Assembly: GCA_051003195.1 (NCBI GenBank)
Contig: JBPCLP010000044.1
Coordinates: forward strand, 1 to 64,000
Origin: Candidatus Sumerlaeaceae bacterium
Lineage (GTDB): Bacteria; Sumerlaeota; Sumerlaeia; Sumerlaeales; Sumerlaeaceae
Reading direction: 5' to 3'
DNA length: 64,000 nucleotides
Below, in pieces: positions 10,173-19,196 of the stretch. Each line of letters begins with the position of its first letter. The stretch's first letter is position 1. The notes below the pieces were generated by a model that searched no databases, was not told the origin of the DNA, and was given only the letters and a program-made list of their open reading frames with translations. The position numbers were made by a program, and so were the translations under genes.

Positions 10173-11453
10173 ATGTTTTTGCGTTATAGCTTCGCGCTTT
10201 TGTTCGCAGCTCTACTCAGCCGGCAGCCCAGCGTGGCGGCCACAGTAACCGATCCGAGCCTGACCGTCGAAAATGTGATCATTTCCGGCACCATTTCGTC
10301 GGCTACCTGCATGGCATTTATCGGCAATAACGACATACTCGTCGGCGAAAAGGCTACCGGACGCGTAAAGCGTGTGACCAATGGCGTGGTTCAGGGTACC
10401 ATTGCACTCGATCTTCCGGTGGATAGCGCGTCGGAGCGCGGCCTGCTCGGCATGACGCTGGACCCGGGTTTCCCCACCAGCAATTCGGTCTACCTCTTCT
10501 ACACGCGTGCCAGTGCAGACAGCACCAACGGTGCAAACGCGCTGGACCACCGCGTAAGCAAGTTCACGTGGAACGGCTCCACGCTCAGCGGCGAGACCGT
10601 GTTGCTGACGCTCCCGATCACGACGGGGCCCAACCACGACGGAGGAGTAATCCTGTTCGGCCCGCCCACAGTAGCCGCAAGTAGCCGAAAACTGTTCGGT
10701 GTAATTGGAGATCTAAACCGGAACGGGCAGGCGCAGAACTATAGTGCCGGTGCAGCGCCCGACGACACGGGCGAAATCTTTCGGATAAATTCCGACGGTA
10801 CGGATCCAAGCGGAGCCGAGGCGGGTCCATTCTTCAACGTAGCTGGAACGAACGTGTCCATGAAGCACATGTACGCGTACGGCATCCGCAATTCTTTCGG
10901 GCTGGATTTTGATCCGGTGACGGGTGTGCTGTGGGAATCCGAGAACGGGCCGTCCGTGTATGACGAAATCAACCGAATTGACCCCGGCTTCAATAGCGGA
11001 TGGGAGCGGCTTATGGGTCCCCAATCGCGCAACTCCTTCCATGGTGCGCCTTCGCTCATACAGCTCAGCGGCGTCGGTACCTACAGCGATCCGGAGTTTA
11101 GCTGGAACATGACCCCGCTGTCCGCACCTACAGCCATCCACTTCTTAAGAAGCACCTCGCTGGGTTCCGGTTACCAGAACGACGTCTTCGTCGGGGATGC
11201 GAATTACGGCAATCTTTATCATTTCGAACCGAACGCGACTCGCGATGGATTTGTCCTGACCGGCACTCTTGCCGACCTTGTGCAGGACTCCGGCGACAGC
11301 AATACGCAGATTCTTTTTGGCCAGAGCTATGGCGCTCCAACGCAGATACAAACGGGCCCGGATGGAAACATGTACGTGCTTTCGCTGCTGAACAACCAGA
11401 TCTACCGGATTCGTGCTCTTTCCTCCGTCAACGACTGGGAGTTGTTCGACTGA
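10173..11453 (+). CDS. PQQ-dependent sugar (glucose/sorbosone) dehydrogenase family protein
   Basis: ERGLLG, NHDGG, YGIRNSFG, ENGP..DEIN motifs; signal peptide. Confidence 0.88.
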   Translation: MFLRYSFALLFAALLSRQPSVAATVTDPSLTVENVIISGTISSATCMAFIGNNDILVGEKATGRVKRVTNGVVQGTIALDLPVDSASERGLLGMTLDPGFPTSNSVYLFYTRASADSTNGANALDHRVSKFTWNGSTLSGETVLLTLPITTGPNHDGGVILFGPPTVAASSRKLFGVIGDLNRNGQAQNYSAGAAPDDTGEIFRINSDGTDPSGAEAGPFFNVAGTNVSMKHMYAYGIRNSFGLDFDPVTGVLWESENGPSVYDEINRIDPGFNSGWERLMGPQSRNSFHGAPSLIQLSGVGTYSDPEFSWNMTPLSAPTAIHFLRSTSLGSGYQNDVFVGDANYGNLYHFEPNATRDGFVLTGTLADLVQDSGDSNTQILFGQSYGAPTQIQTGPDGNMYVLSLLNNQIYRIRALSSVNDWELFD

Positions 11454-12352
11454 GCCACTGGGCGCAGAGCTATTTTGGAACGCTGTACGGAGAAATCTAC
11501 CGCCGGCACCTGATGCCGGTAAGCCGTGCAAAAGCCGAGGCTGAGTTCAGCGCCCGGCTGCTCAAGCTCGACTGTTGCCGCGTATTGGACCTGGCATGCG
11601 GCTATGGCCGGCATGCGCGTCATCTCGCATCGAACAACCAAATCTTCGCGGCTGATCTGAATCGCAGTTACCTTCAGCAGGCTACGCAGGGGTTGCGCGA
11701 TCGCACTGCAGCCAACCTGCTGCCTATCCAGGCCGATATGCGCCAGATTCCATTCTGCGATTCCACCATGGACGCCGTTTTGTTTTTGTTTAACAGCTTC
11801 GGTTACTTTGCTGGAGCCACTGCAGCACAACCTGCTGCCAGTCCACGCCAGCAGGTATGGAAGCTACCGGAGGTCTTTTACGAACGTCAGCTTGTGCCGT
11901 CGACTTTTGGCAAATACGAGCCTTCGGTAGTTACTGCGCCGGCGAATCCTGCAGTTTCCAATGACGAGAACGGAAATGTGCTGGGGGAGATCGCGCGAGT
12001 CCTGAAGCCCGGGGCTCAACTTTTACTCGAATTGCCAAATTCAAAGCCGCTCCTGCGCGCCGTAGCCGAACACCCACGGCGGCATATCGCCGCTGCCGGA
12101 TACCAGATTGAAGAACAGTACGAGTGGGACAGCGCCGCGCGCGTGCTGCATAATCGTACGCGCTTTCGCATCCGGGACCATATCGAGGAAGGCGAGTATG
12201 ACCTTCGGCTTTACTCTTCAAAAGAGATACGCGGTCTGCTCGCTGGCAATGGCCTGTCTGTTGTGCAAGTTTATGGAGATTACCAGGGCGGAAAATATTT
12301 CCCCGCCAACTCTCCTGTTCTGCTGGTGCATGCACGCAAACCGATGCGGTAA
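11450..12352 (+). CDS. Class I SAM-dependent methyltransferase
   Basis: VLDLACGYGRH, ADMR, FNSFGYF, RVLKPG; family-like N-terminus extends upstream of ATG 11513 to a CTG at 11450. Confidence 0.88.
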   Translation: MSHWAQSYFGTLYGEIYRRHLMPVSRAKAEAEFSARLLKLDCCRVLDLACGYGRHARHLASNNQIFAADLNRSYLQQATQGLRDRTAANLLPIQADMRQIPFCDSTMDAVLFLFNSFGYFAGATAAQPAASPRQQVWKLPEVFYERQLVPSTFGKYEPSVVTAPANPAVSNDENGNVLGEIARVLKPGAQLLLELPNSKPLLRAVAEHPRRHIAAAGYQIEEQYEWDSAARVLHNRTRFRIRDHIEEGEYDLRLYSSKEIRGLLAGNGLSVVQVYGDYQGGKYFPANSPVLLVHARKPMR

Positions 12353-12396
12353 TGAATCCTTGATGAGCGCGCTGACACGGCAATGCTGGAGGTGCT

Positions 12397-14304
12397 TTGT
12401 TCCGCGCACTTTCTGATCACAAAACGATCGCAAAACTTTACCTGCTGACCTCGCTGGCGCTTTTTGGAGTCGGCGGACTGCTTGCGATGGTTATGCGATG
12501 GCAGCTCGCGTGGCCGGGTTCGGTGATTCCATTGCTCGGCCAGATGATGCCGCGACTGCGCGAGCAGGGCGGCATGCTGCCGCCAGAAATCTACGCCGAG
12601 TTTTTCACTCAGCACGGCACCATCATGATTTTCTTCGTTATCATCCCTCTATTGGTGGGCGCGTTCGGTGGCTTTGTAATACCGCTGCAGGTGGGTGCCC
12701 GTAACATTGCTTTGCCGCGAGTCAATGCCGCCGCCTACGTGCTTCACTTGCTGGCCTGTATCGTGATAGTAGGTAGCTTTTTTGTGTCTAAAGGCGCAAG
12801 TAACACCGGGTGGACCGCCTACGCGCCGTTGAGTAGTATCGCGACGCAGGGCCAAACATGGTGGATAGCGTCGCTGCTGCTGTTCAGCCTCTCGCAGATT
12901 TTTTGCGCCGTTTGCCAGGCCACGACGATTCTAAACAGGCGCGCACCCGGCATGACTTTTAATCGTCTGCCGATATTCACATGGAACATGCTGGCGACTT
13001 CGGTCATTACCCTGCTTTCCACACCAGCCCTCATGGCAGCGCTATTCATGCTGCTGCTGGAGAGATTCGGCTGGGCGCGCTTCTTCAGTCCCATAACCAC
13101 CGGCGGCGAAGGCCAGCCCCTTTTGTGGCAGCATCTATTCTGGTTTTATGCGCATCCAGCCGTGTACATCATGATTTTGCCGGCAATGGGTATCGTTTCC
13201 GAACTGCTACCGGTATTCGCGCGTAAGCCCCTCTTTGGATACAATGCTTTTATTCTTACGACGTGGGCAATTGCTCTGCTTGGGTTCCTGGTGTGGGGCC
13301 ATCACATGTTCCAGAGCGGAATGAATCCATACCTGGGCACCAGCTTCATGGCCGCGACAATGATCATTGCGGTTCCCTCTGCGGTAAAAACCTTCAACTG
13401 GATTGCAACGGTCTGGCGCGGCTCACTGCACATCACGACGCCGTTCCTTCACTGCGCCGCCTTTATTTCGTTGTTCGTCATCGGCGGTCTTTCCGGCATT
13501 TTCGCCGCATCGACTCCGGTCGACGTATATATTCACGACACCTTTTTCATCGTCGGCCACCTGCACTACGTCCTGTTTGGCGGAAGCCTGTTTGCTATTT
13601 TCGCAGGCCTTGTGTTTTGGATGCCGAAAATGTTCGGCCGGCTGCTGGATGAGCGGCTCGGTCGCGTGCACTTCCTTGTAACCTTCGTTGCGTATAATGC
13701 AACTTTCTTTCCCATGTTCATTCTCGGAACTGGAGGTATGATGCGCCGAATTTATGATCCGACACAATACGCGCACCTGCGTCCACTGCAGCCCCTCAAC
13801 GTATTCGTGACACAAAGCGCGTTCGTGCTCGGGATCGCCCAATTGGTGCTCGCTGCTAACCTGCTGCTGTGTCTCACCAGCGCATCAACACGAACATGGT
13901 GGCGGGTTGTGGCCGCTGTGGCAGCGGGTGTCGCTACCGCCGCACTAGCGCTGCCCATCGATTATGCCCTTGGCCAGATGGTCCGCAATATAATACCGGC
14001 CGGTGGGCCCCTTCAGCTGCTCCTGCCGATGTGGTCTGTTCCCATTGCATTGGGCCTGGGGGCCGCCGGGTCGATTTACGTGTTCAAAGGCCGAACTGCT
14101 GAGCAGCATATTGCGGCGGCGGATAACCACTGGCTCGCTAACACGCTTGAATGGCAAATAAGTTCACCGCCTCCGCGTAGGAATTACGCTGAGTTACCTG
14201 AAGTGAATTACCCACCTTACGAATATAGTTCGCCACGCTCGCCGTCCGGTATGGATTATCTGCCGCAAAGTAACCCGGTACCGTCTGGAGAAGCGTCCGC
14301 GTGA
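12397..14304 (+). CDS. ctaD: Heme-copper oxidase subunit I (A2-like, atypical)
   Basis: DHK, QHGTIM, HPAVY, WGHHMF, HLHY, RR motifs; TTG start with GGAGG RBS. Confidence 0.92.
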   Translation: MFRALSDHKTIAKLYLLTSLALFGVGGLLAMVMRWQLAWPGSVIPLLGQMMPRLREQGGMLPPEIYAEFFTQHGTIMIFFVIIPLLVGAFGGFVIPLQVGARNIALPRVNAAAYVLHLLACIVIVGSFFVSKGASNTGWTAYAPLSSIATQGQTWWIASLLLFSLSQIFCAVCQATTILNRRAPGMTFNRLPIFTWNMLATSVITLLSTPALMAALFMLLLERFGWARFFSPITTGGEGQPLLWQHLFWFYAHPAVYIMILPAMGIVSELLPVFARKPLFGYNAFILTTWAIALLGFLVWGHHMFQSGMNPYLGTSFMAATMIIAVPSAVKTFNWIATVWRGSLHITTPFLHCAAFISLFVIGGLSGIFAASTPVDVYIHDTFFIVGHLHYVLFGGSLFAIFAGLVFWMPKMFGRLLDERLGRVHFLVTFVAYNATFFPMFILGTGGMMRRIYDPTQYAHLRPLQPLNVFVTQSAFVLGIAQLVLAANLLLCLTSASTRTWWRVVAAVAAGVATAALALPIDYALGQMVRNIIPAGGPLQLLLPMWSVPIALGLGAAGSIYVFKGRTAEQHIAAADNHWLANTLEWQISSPPPRRNYAELPEVNYPPYEYSSPRSPSGMDYLPQSNPVPSGEASA

Positions 14305-15299
14305 CCCGCCCCGCACATGCCATTCTCAGTGGCCAGACGCAGCGGATTGCCTCTGTGACGCCCAATCCATGGGTCGCCAGGCTTTCGCAGCTCACGGTTG
14401 CGGCAACGTTTCTACTATTGATCGCCGGCGCACTCGTCACAGGAAATAAAGCCGCGCTTGCCGACCCTACGTGGCCCAAATTCGTCGGCGAATGGTACCC
14501 GAAATACTGGAAGGGAGGACTGCTTTTCGAAGATTCACACAGGCTGGTCGCCGGGACCGTTGCAGTTCTCACGCTCGCGCTGGCAGGTCTTCTTCAGATA
14601 CGCGAACCGCGTCCATCCGTTCGCAAGCTCGGTTGGAGCGCTTTCGCACTCGTGATCGCGCAGGCGCTGATTGGCGGCCTGATCATTCATTCCATCCGCC
14701 ACCCCCTCGTCTCGATGTTTCATGGAATGGTGGCACAGGCATTTTTCTGTATGGTGCTCGCCCTTGCCGTGTTTACATCCGGACGTTGGATACACGGTGC
14801 CACCGCAAGTCGCATTCACCGTGCTGAGAATCCAGGATACCTGAAGCTTTGCATGGTAGCAACCTCACTCGCGTACGCACAGGTCGTACTTGGCACAGGC
14901 GTGCGTCATACCGAGATGGTCTTCATGCCGTACCTCATCGCACATATCTGCGTTGGCACCGCGCTTTTCTGCGTGTGTCTATGGTTTACAATGCGTACCT
15001 ACCAGGTATATCGTGACGTGGCCATGCTACGGCGACCCGCCATGTTTGTATCGTGCTTTCTGGTCGTGCAAATCCTGCTCGGCATAGCTTCGATCTACGC
15101 AAATCGTGCACGCCTTGAGCCAGAAATGGCACACCCCTATGATGTGGCGGTTTCGACCGCTCATTTGGCGAGCGGGGCCATCATTCTCGCGATCCTTTTC
15201 GTCACAAGCTTGCGCGCGCGCAGGTTACTCGCAACCGGGCCTACCGGGGATTCGGGTGGACAAAGCCTGGGCCTGCCCGCAGTGGATGCTGCCGTATGA
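14301..15299 (+). CDS. ctaA: Heme A synthase (COX15/CtaA family)
   Basis: FEDSHRLVAG, QALIGG, conserved His in several TM helices; position in cox cluster. Confidence 0.85.
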   Translation: MTRPAHAILSGQTQRIASVTPNPWVARLSQLTVAATFLLLIAGALVTGNKAALADPTWPKFVGEWYPKYWKGGLLFEDSHRLVAGTVAVLTLALAGLLQIREPRPSVRKLGWSAFALVIAQALIGGLIIHSIRHPLVSMFHGMVAQAFFCMVLALAVFTSGRWIHGATASRIHRAENPGYLKLCMVATSLAYAQVVLGTGVRHTEMVFMPYLIAHICVGTALFCVCLWFTMRTYQVYRDVAMLRRPAMFVSCFLVVQILLGIASIYANRARLEPEMAHPYDVAVSTAHLASGAIILAILFVTSLRARRLLATGPTGDSGGQSLGLPAVDAAV

Positions 15300-16240
15300 C
15301 TCCCGTACAACAAAACGCCGTCACTGCTGAATCCGTCATGGGCGCGCACGTTCCGGAAGCCTTAACGGATGCATACAACAACGCATCGCTGGTTCAGAAT
15401 TGTGTTCAGGTTTCGAAACTGCGTATGGGACTTCTGGCCGCGGTTATTGCCGCCACTGGTTACTACATGGGTTCAGAAGTGGTGGTTAATTACTGGGGCA
15501 TGCTGCACGCCTTTGTCGGCACATGGATTATTTCCACCGGCGCATTCGCGCTGAACATGTATCTGGAGCGTGATCTCGACGCCCTCATGCAGCGCACACG
15601 TTTGCGGCCTTTGCCGGCCGGCCGTATGGCACCGCGCCAGGCGCTTACGTATGGAATGATCGTGTCGGCAGCCGGAGTGCTCTACCTCGCGCTCACAACC
15701 AACCTGGTCAGCGCGGCAGTGGGCGCAATCGCGCTCGGTAGCTACGTTGGAATTTACACCCCTATGAAACGCATCAGCAATCTCAACACCATTATAGGAG
15801 CTTTCCCCGGTGCGCTGCCTCCGGTCATAGGCTGGGCTGCGGTTGACGGGCGAATTGGATTCGGCGCTGGACTGTTATTCGCCATTCTATTCCTGTGGCA
15901 ATTGCCCCACTTCCTTGCGATCGCATGGATGTACAAAGAGGATTACATCAAGGCCGGAATGCCGATGATAACCACTCTGGATGAAGGCGGACGTTTCACC
16001 GCACGGCAGATGGTGATATATGGCGCAGCATACGTGTTCATGACAATGCTTCCGGTCAAAGCGGCAATGGCAGGGCACCTGTATTTTTGGACGACGCTCC
16101 TGTCGGGCATCATTGTCTTTGGACTGTGCGTCCGCTGGGCAATAGTACGCGATCGCCCAACGGCCGTGCACGTGTTCATCGCGTCGCTGGTACATCTGCC
16201 GTTGTTGTACGTCGTCATGGTAATCGACAAGGTTGGCTGA
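15296..16240 (+). CDS. ctaB: Protoheme IX farnesyltransferase (heme O synthase)
   Basis: NMYLERDLDALMQRTRLRPLP, YTPMKR, GALPP, WQLPHF, EDY. Confidence 0.95.
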   Translation: MTPVQQNAVTAESVMGAHVPEALTDAYNNASLVQNCVQVSKLRMGLLAAVIAATGYYMGSEVVVNYWGMLHAFVGTWIISTGAFALNMYLERDLDALMQRTRLRPLPAGRMAPRQALTYGMIVSAAGVLYLALTTNLVSAAVGAIALGSYVGIYTPMKRISNLNTIIGAFPGALPPVIGWAAVDGRIGFGAGLLFAILFLWQLPHFLAIAWMYKEDYIKAGMPMITTLDEGGRFTARQMVIYGAAYVFMTMLPVKAAMAGHLYFWTTLLSGIIVFGLCVRWAIVRDRPTAVHVFIASLVHLPLLYVVMVIDKVG

Positions 16241-16622
16241 GGCTTCAGCAGCCAGCAAAGCAGCGCCGCCAGCTCCGACGGCGGTGGATTCAGCCGAACA
16301 AACTTCTCTCCGGATTCCGGATTCACGCGTCGCTCTTTACCTGGTGTTTTCCGCGGAGCTGAGCTTTTTAGCGGCTCTGACAGGCGCCTATGTCTTGCTG
16401 CGATTTTCTGCTACCGTCGCTCAGCAGTTCAGCAGTCAGGCCGCGTCACGTCTGCTCTATGTTCTCGCTGGGTATTTGTTGATCCATACCCTCGCGGGAA
16501 TTCTTACGCAACTTCTCAGCAAAAAGACAGGAGTTATTAAAAATCTCCGTGTGTTCTGGAAACTCACCGCCGTTTTGTATGGCACCGTAATTATTCCTGT
16601 TCTGCTCGGAGGTCAGCCGTAA
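16233..16622 (+). CDS. Shortened cytochrome oxidase subunit III-like membrane protein
   Basis: LVFSAELSFLAALTGAY, IHTLAG and FW segments echo CoxIII helices; last gene of cox cluster. Confidence 0.55.
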   Translation: MAEASAASKAAPPAPTAVDSAEQTSLRIPDSRVALYLVFSAELSFLAALTGAYVLLRFSATVAQQFSSQAASRLLYVLAGYLLIHTLAGILTQLLSKKTGVIKNLRVFWKLTAVLYGTVIIPVLLGGQP

Positions 16623-17833
16623 TAATAAAACGCATAGGGATCAACCAAAGCACCGGCGACTGTTAGTAACGCCAGTAGCATGATCCAGGCGACACCAAGC
16701 GCACGGCTTCTCGCCAGGGTGCGCTGTCCAATCACGACCGCTCCATACGCCGCGAGCGGGTAAATCGCCGGATACATCAGGAAGCAGATGCGCGGAGTCA
16801 CCACGTTGATCGCGAAGAACATCACCAGGAATGCCACTGCATACGAAAAGAGCTCAAGTACCGGCCTGCGCTTGAGCATGTAAAAACCCAGTCCGGCCAG
16901 TACCACAGGCCAAAGTTCAAACGCCTGTATCGAACGCACCGCCATTCGCGCCAGTAGCCTGGGCAGGAAGATCATCTGCTGCGCGAATCCCCGGCGCGCA
17001 AAATCATTCCAGATCCAGCTGAGGAATCCCTGCTGATTTTCACCGTATGGCCGGTATGCCCGGCCTATTTCAAAGTGCACATACGCGAACCACGCAAGGT
17101 TTACTGCCGCCACGGCCAGGCTGAAGTACATCAGCGGCTTCCACGCCCTCCGCCAGAGCGCCGCCAGCGCGAGGCACACGTAGATCGCGTACACCTCCTT
17201 GCCGAGCATCAGTATCGCCGATAAGCCACCAGCCAACACCCATTTTGCCGCTGCCGGAACGTGCGGCGTCCTTTGCGTTGATGCGGCCCACACGACAAGA
17301 AGCAGCGGTACCAGCGCGGCCGCATTGCCGATCACCGTGGGCACGGGCTGGCTCAGGTAAATCTGCACGCATGGAGAAAGACAGAAAAATACCACTGCTA
17401 CGAGGCCTGACAGCGCGCTACCCGTCCAGTGCAGCGTCCAGCAATGAAGCGTTACAACGCATACAAGCAGCCACACCATATTCGTGATACGCAGCAAAAC
17501 CAAAGCGTCTGCTGAAAGTCCGATGATCTGCTTAACAAAATAGGCCGGGCCGGGATAAAGCGGTCGCGAGAGATGCATCGGCAAAGTTTCGCTCATAAAC
17601 GGGACTGTATTAATTATATCCGTCCACTCGTGCGAATCGATGTTCAGGTGAGTGGGTGGAGGAAAGATGCCTGACTTCCACGCTCGCCCCACTTGCAGAG
17701 GGTATGTTACGGCGATAGCCAGTGCCGCGCAGGCTATCGCCAGCCATTGTCTCCTGGTTCGCAGCAGGCATCCACAGCTTCTCAAGAAATGCTCAATAGT
17801 TGCGGGAAATATCGGGCTGGGAATAGCATGCAA
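16613..17833 (-). CDS. Polytopic membrane protein, probable GT-C fold glycosyltransferase
   Basis: About 10 hydrophobic helices; N-terminal DS..W, RPLYP and late PRIC motifs; start uncertain. Confidence 0.6.
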   Translation of the reverse strand: MHAIPSPIFPATIEHFLRSCGCLLRTRRQWLAIACAALAIAVTYPLQVGRAWKSGIFPPPTHLNIDSHEWTDIINTVPFMSETLPMHLSRPLYPGPAYFVKQIIGLSADALVLLRITNMVWLLVCVVTLHCWTLHWTGSALSGLVAVVFFCLSPCVQIYLSQPVPTVIGNAAALVPLLLVVWAASTQRTPHVPAAAKWVLAGGLSAILMLGKEVYAIYVCLALAALWRRAWKPLMYFSLAVAAVNLAWFAYVHFEIGRAYRPYGENQQGFLSWIWNDFARRGFAQQMIFLPRLLARMAVRSIQAFELWPVVLAGLGFYMLKRRPVLELFSYAVAFLVMFFAINVVTPRICFLMYPAIYPLAAYGAVVIGQRTLARSRALGVAWIMLLALLTVAGALVDPYAFYYYG

Positions 17834-17952
17834 ACGTCCATCGATGCTGCTGCAATTGCCACCGGATTAGTCGGTGGTCAAGCTGCCGCTCAGCTTTCCA
17901 TTGCGGAACGCTGTAAGATCCTTGCTGCTGAGCGCGACTGATCAGAACATTT

Positions 17953-18510
17953 ATGTTGAAAGGGTTTCTCATGCACAACCGCGCAATTGCAGTTTACCTG
18001 TTCCTGGCATTGGCCGCCTCGGCGAGCCTGGCTTCCGCCGCGGCACCTGCGGACTTCACCGTCGCAACTGCCAATCGCTCCAGTACCTTTACGTTATCGA
18101 AAGCCCGCGGCAAGTTCGTTGCGCTGCATTTTCTGCTGAAGACCGAGTGCCCGATCTGCATGAAGCACACACGCGATTACGCCCAAAAGATGCCTCGGCT
18201 GCCGCAGGTGGAACACGTTTTCATGAAACCCGATGCCGAGCCCGCGGTTGCTCAATGGGAGCAGAAGCTAAAAGCCAGCACTGGAATCACGGCGCCCCCG
18301 ATTTACCGGGATGAAAATGCAGCGCTTGCGGATGCATTCGGCATTCCAAACGGCTATTCCTTTCACGGGCAGACCGTGCATTACCCTGCGCTGGTGCTCC
18401 TCGATAAGAACGGCAAGGAAGCATTTCGGTACGTCGGGAAGGCGACCAATGACCGCTTCTCTTTCGAGCAGTTGGAGCAGAAATTAAAAGAGCTCGAAGC
18501 CAAACCCTGA
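17953..18510 (+). CDS. Exported redoxin/peroxiredoxin-like thioredoxin-fold protein
   Basis: Signal peptide, TECPIC (CxxC), PALVLLDKNG; start may be 17971. Confidence 0.82.
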   Translation: MLKGFLMHNRAIAVYLFLALAASASLASAAAPADFTVATANRSSTFTLSKARGKFVALHFLLKTECPICMKHTRDYAQKMPRLPQVEHVFMKPDAEPAVAQWEQKLKASTGITAPPIYRDENAALADAFGIPNGYSFHGQTVHYPALVLLDKNGKEAFRYVGKATNDRFSFEQLEQKLKELEAKP

Positions 18511-18515
18511 GCGCT

Positions 18516-18548
18516 AAAAAAGATGTGCGGCACGCGAACGTGCCGCAC
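18516..18548 (-). terminator. Intrinsic terminator
   Basis: Perfect 10-bp stem 18525-18534/18539-18548 with UUCG loop on the minus strand, followed by a T6 run; lies between convergent genes. Confidence 0.8.
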
Positions 18549-18591
18549 TCCTTGACCTTTGGTTCCAATGGACGGGTCGAGACCCGGCCAG

Positions 18592-18747
18592 TTACTTCGC
18601 GTTCTTGGGAAGAATGCGGGTCATCTTCGTTCCGCATGTGGGGCACTTACCCTGTGCCGCTTTTTTGCCATTGTCGAGCTCACGAATTTCTCCGTCAAAC
18701 TCGCGCTTGGCGCGGCACTTCACGCAATAACCTTCATACATTGCCAT
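18592..18747 (-). CDS. 51-aa zinc-ribbon protein, DUF5679-like (absent from ORF track)
   Basis: MAMYEGYCVKCRAKREFDGEIRELDNGKKAAQGKCPTCGTKMTRILPKNAK; AGGAGG RBS; downstream terminator. Confidence 0.85.
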   Translation of the reverse strand: MAMYEGYCVKCRAKREFDGEIRELDNGKKAAQGKCPTCGTKMTRILPKNAK

Positions 18748-19120
18748 GCTATCCTCCTGTAGTCCTCAAGCCGTTGTGTGCATCCAGTTGGATCATCGCG
18801 TGCTATGAGGTAGCTGGAACTGCAAGCCCGAATATGAAGGGCCGCCTCCGGCAGAAACAGCCGGGCATGAGGTTCGTGACCCAACCGTAAAACCGCAAGC
18901 CGGCGGTCTGGCAACGTCGTGGACCGGACGTCTCACCGCTAGTGTGGGCTACCGTTAATTCGTATTCCGTTCTGTGTGCCGAACTAAGCTCATCTTCCGC
19001 GCTCAAAGTGGATAGGAACTTCTGATTCGGCACACTAGCAGTCACGTGCAGTAAAAGACACATTTTTCCCGCGCCTCTCCTGAATTTTAGACCAGCCACT
19101 TTGAAATACCACTACGGTTC

Positions 19121-19196
19121 GGGGCGGTAGCTCAGCTGGGAGAGCATCGGCTTTGCAAGCCGAGGGTCCGGGGTTCGATCCCCCGTCGCTCCACCA
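19121..19196 (+). tRNA. tRNA-Ala(TGC)
   Basis: 76-nt cloverleaf, anticodon arm TCGGC-TTTGCAA-GCCGA, G3:U70 pair, TTCGATC T-loop, encoded CCA. Confidence 0.97.

Noticed and set aside
12352..12396. In-frame ATG overlapping the methyltransferase stop as the oxidase start, with TGA readthrough
   Set aside because: Three in-frame TGA codons would need recoding, TGA is an ordinary stop elsewhere, and TTG 12397 has a good RBS.
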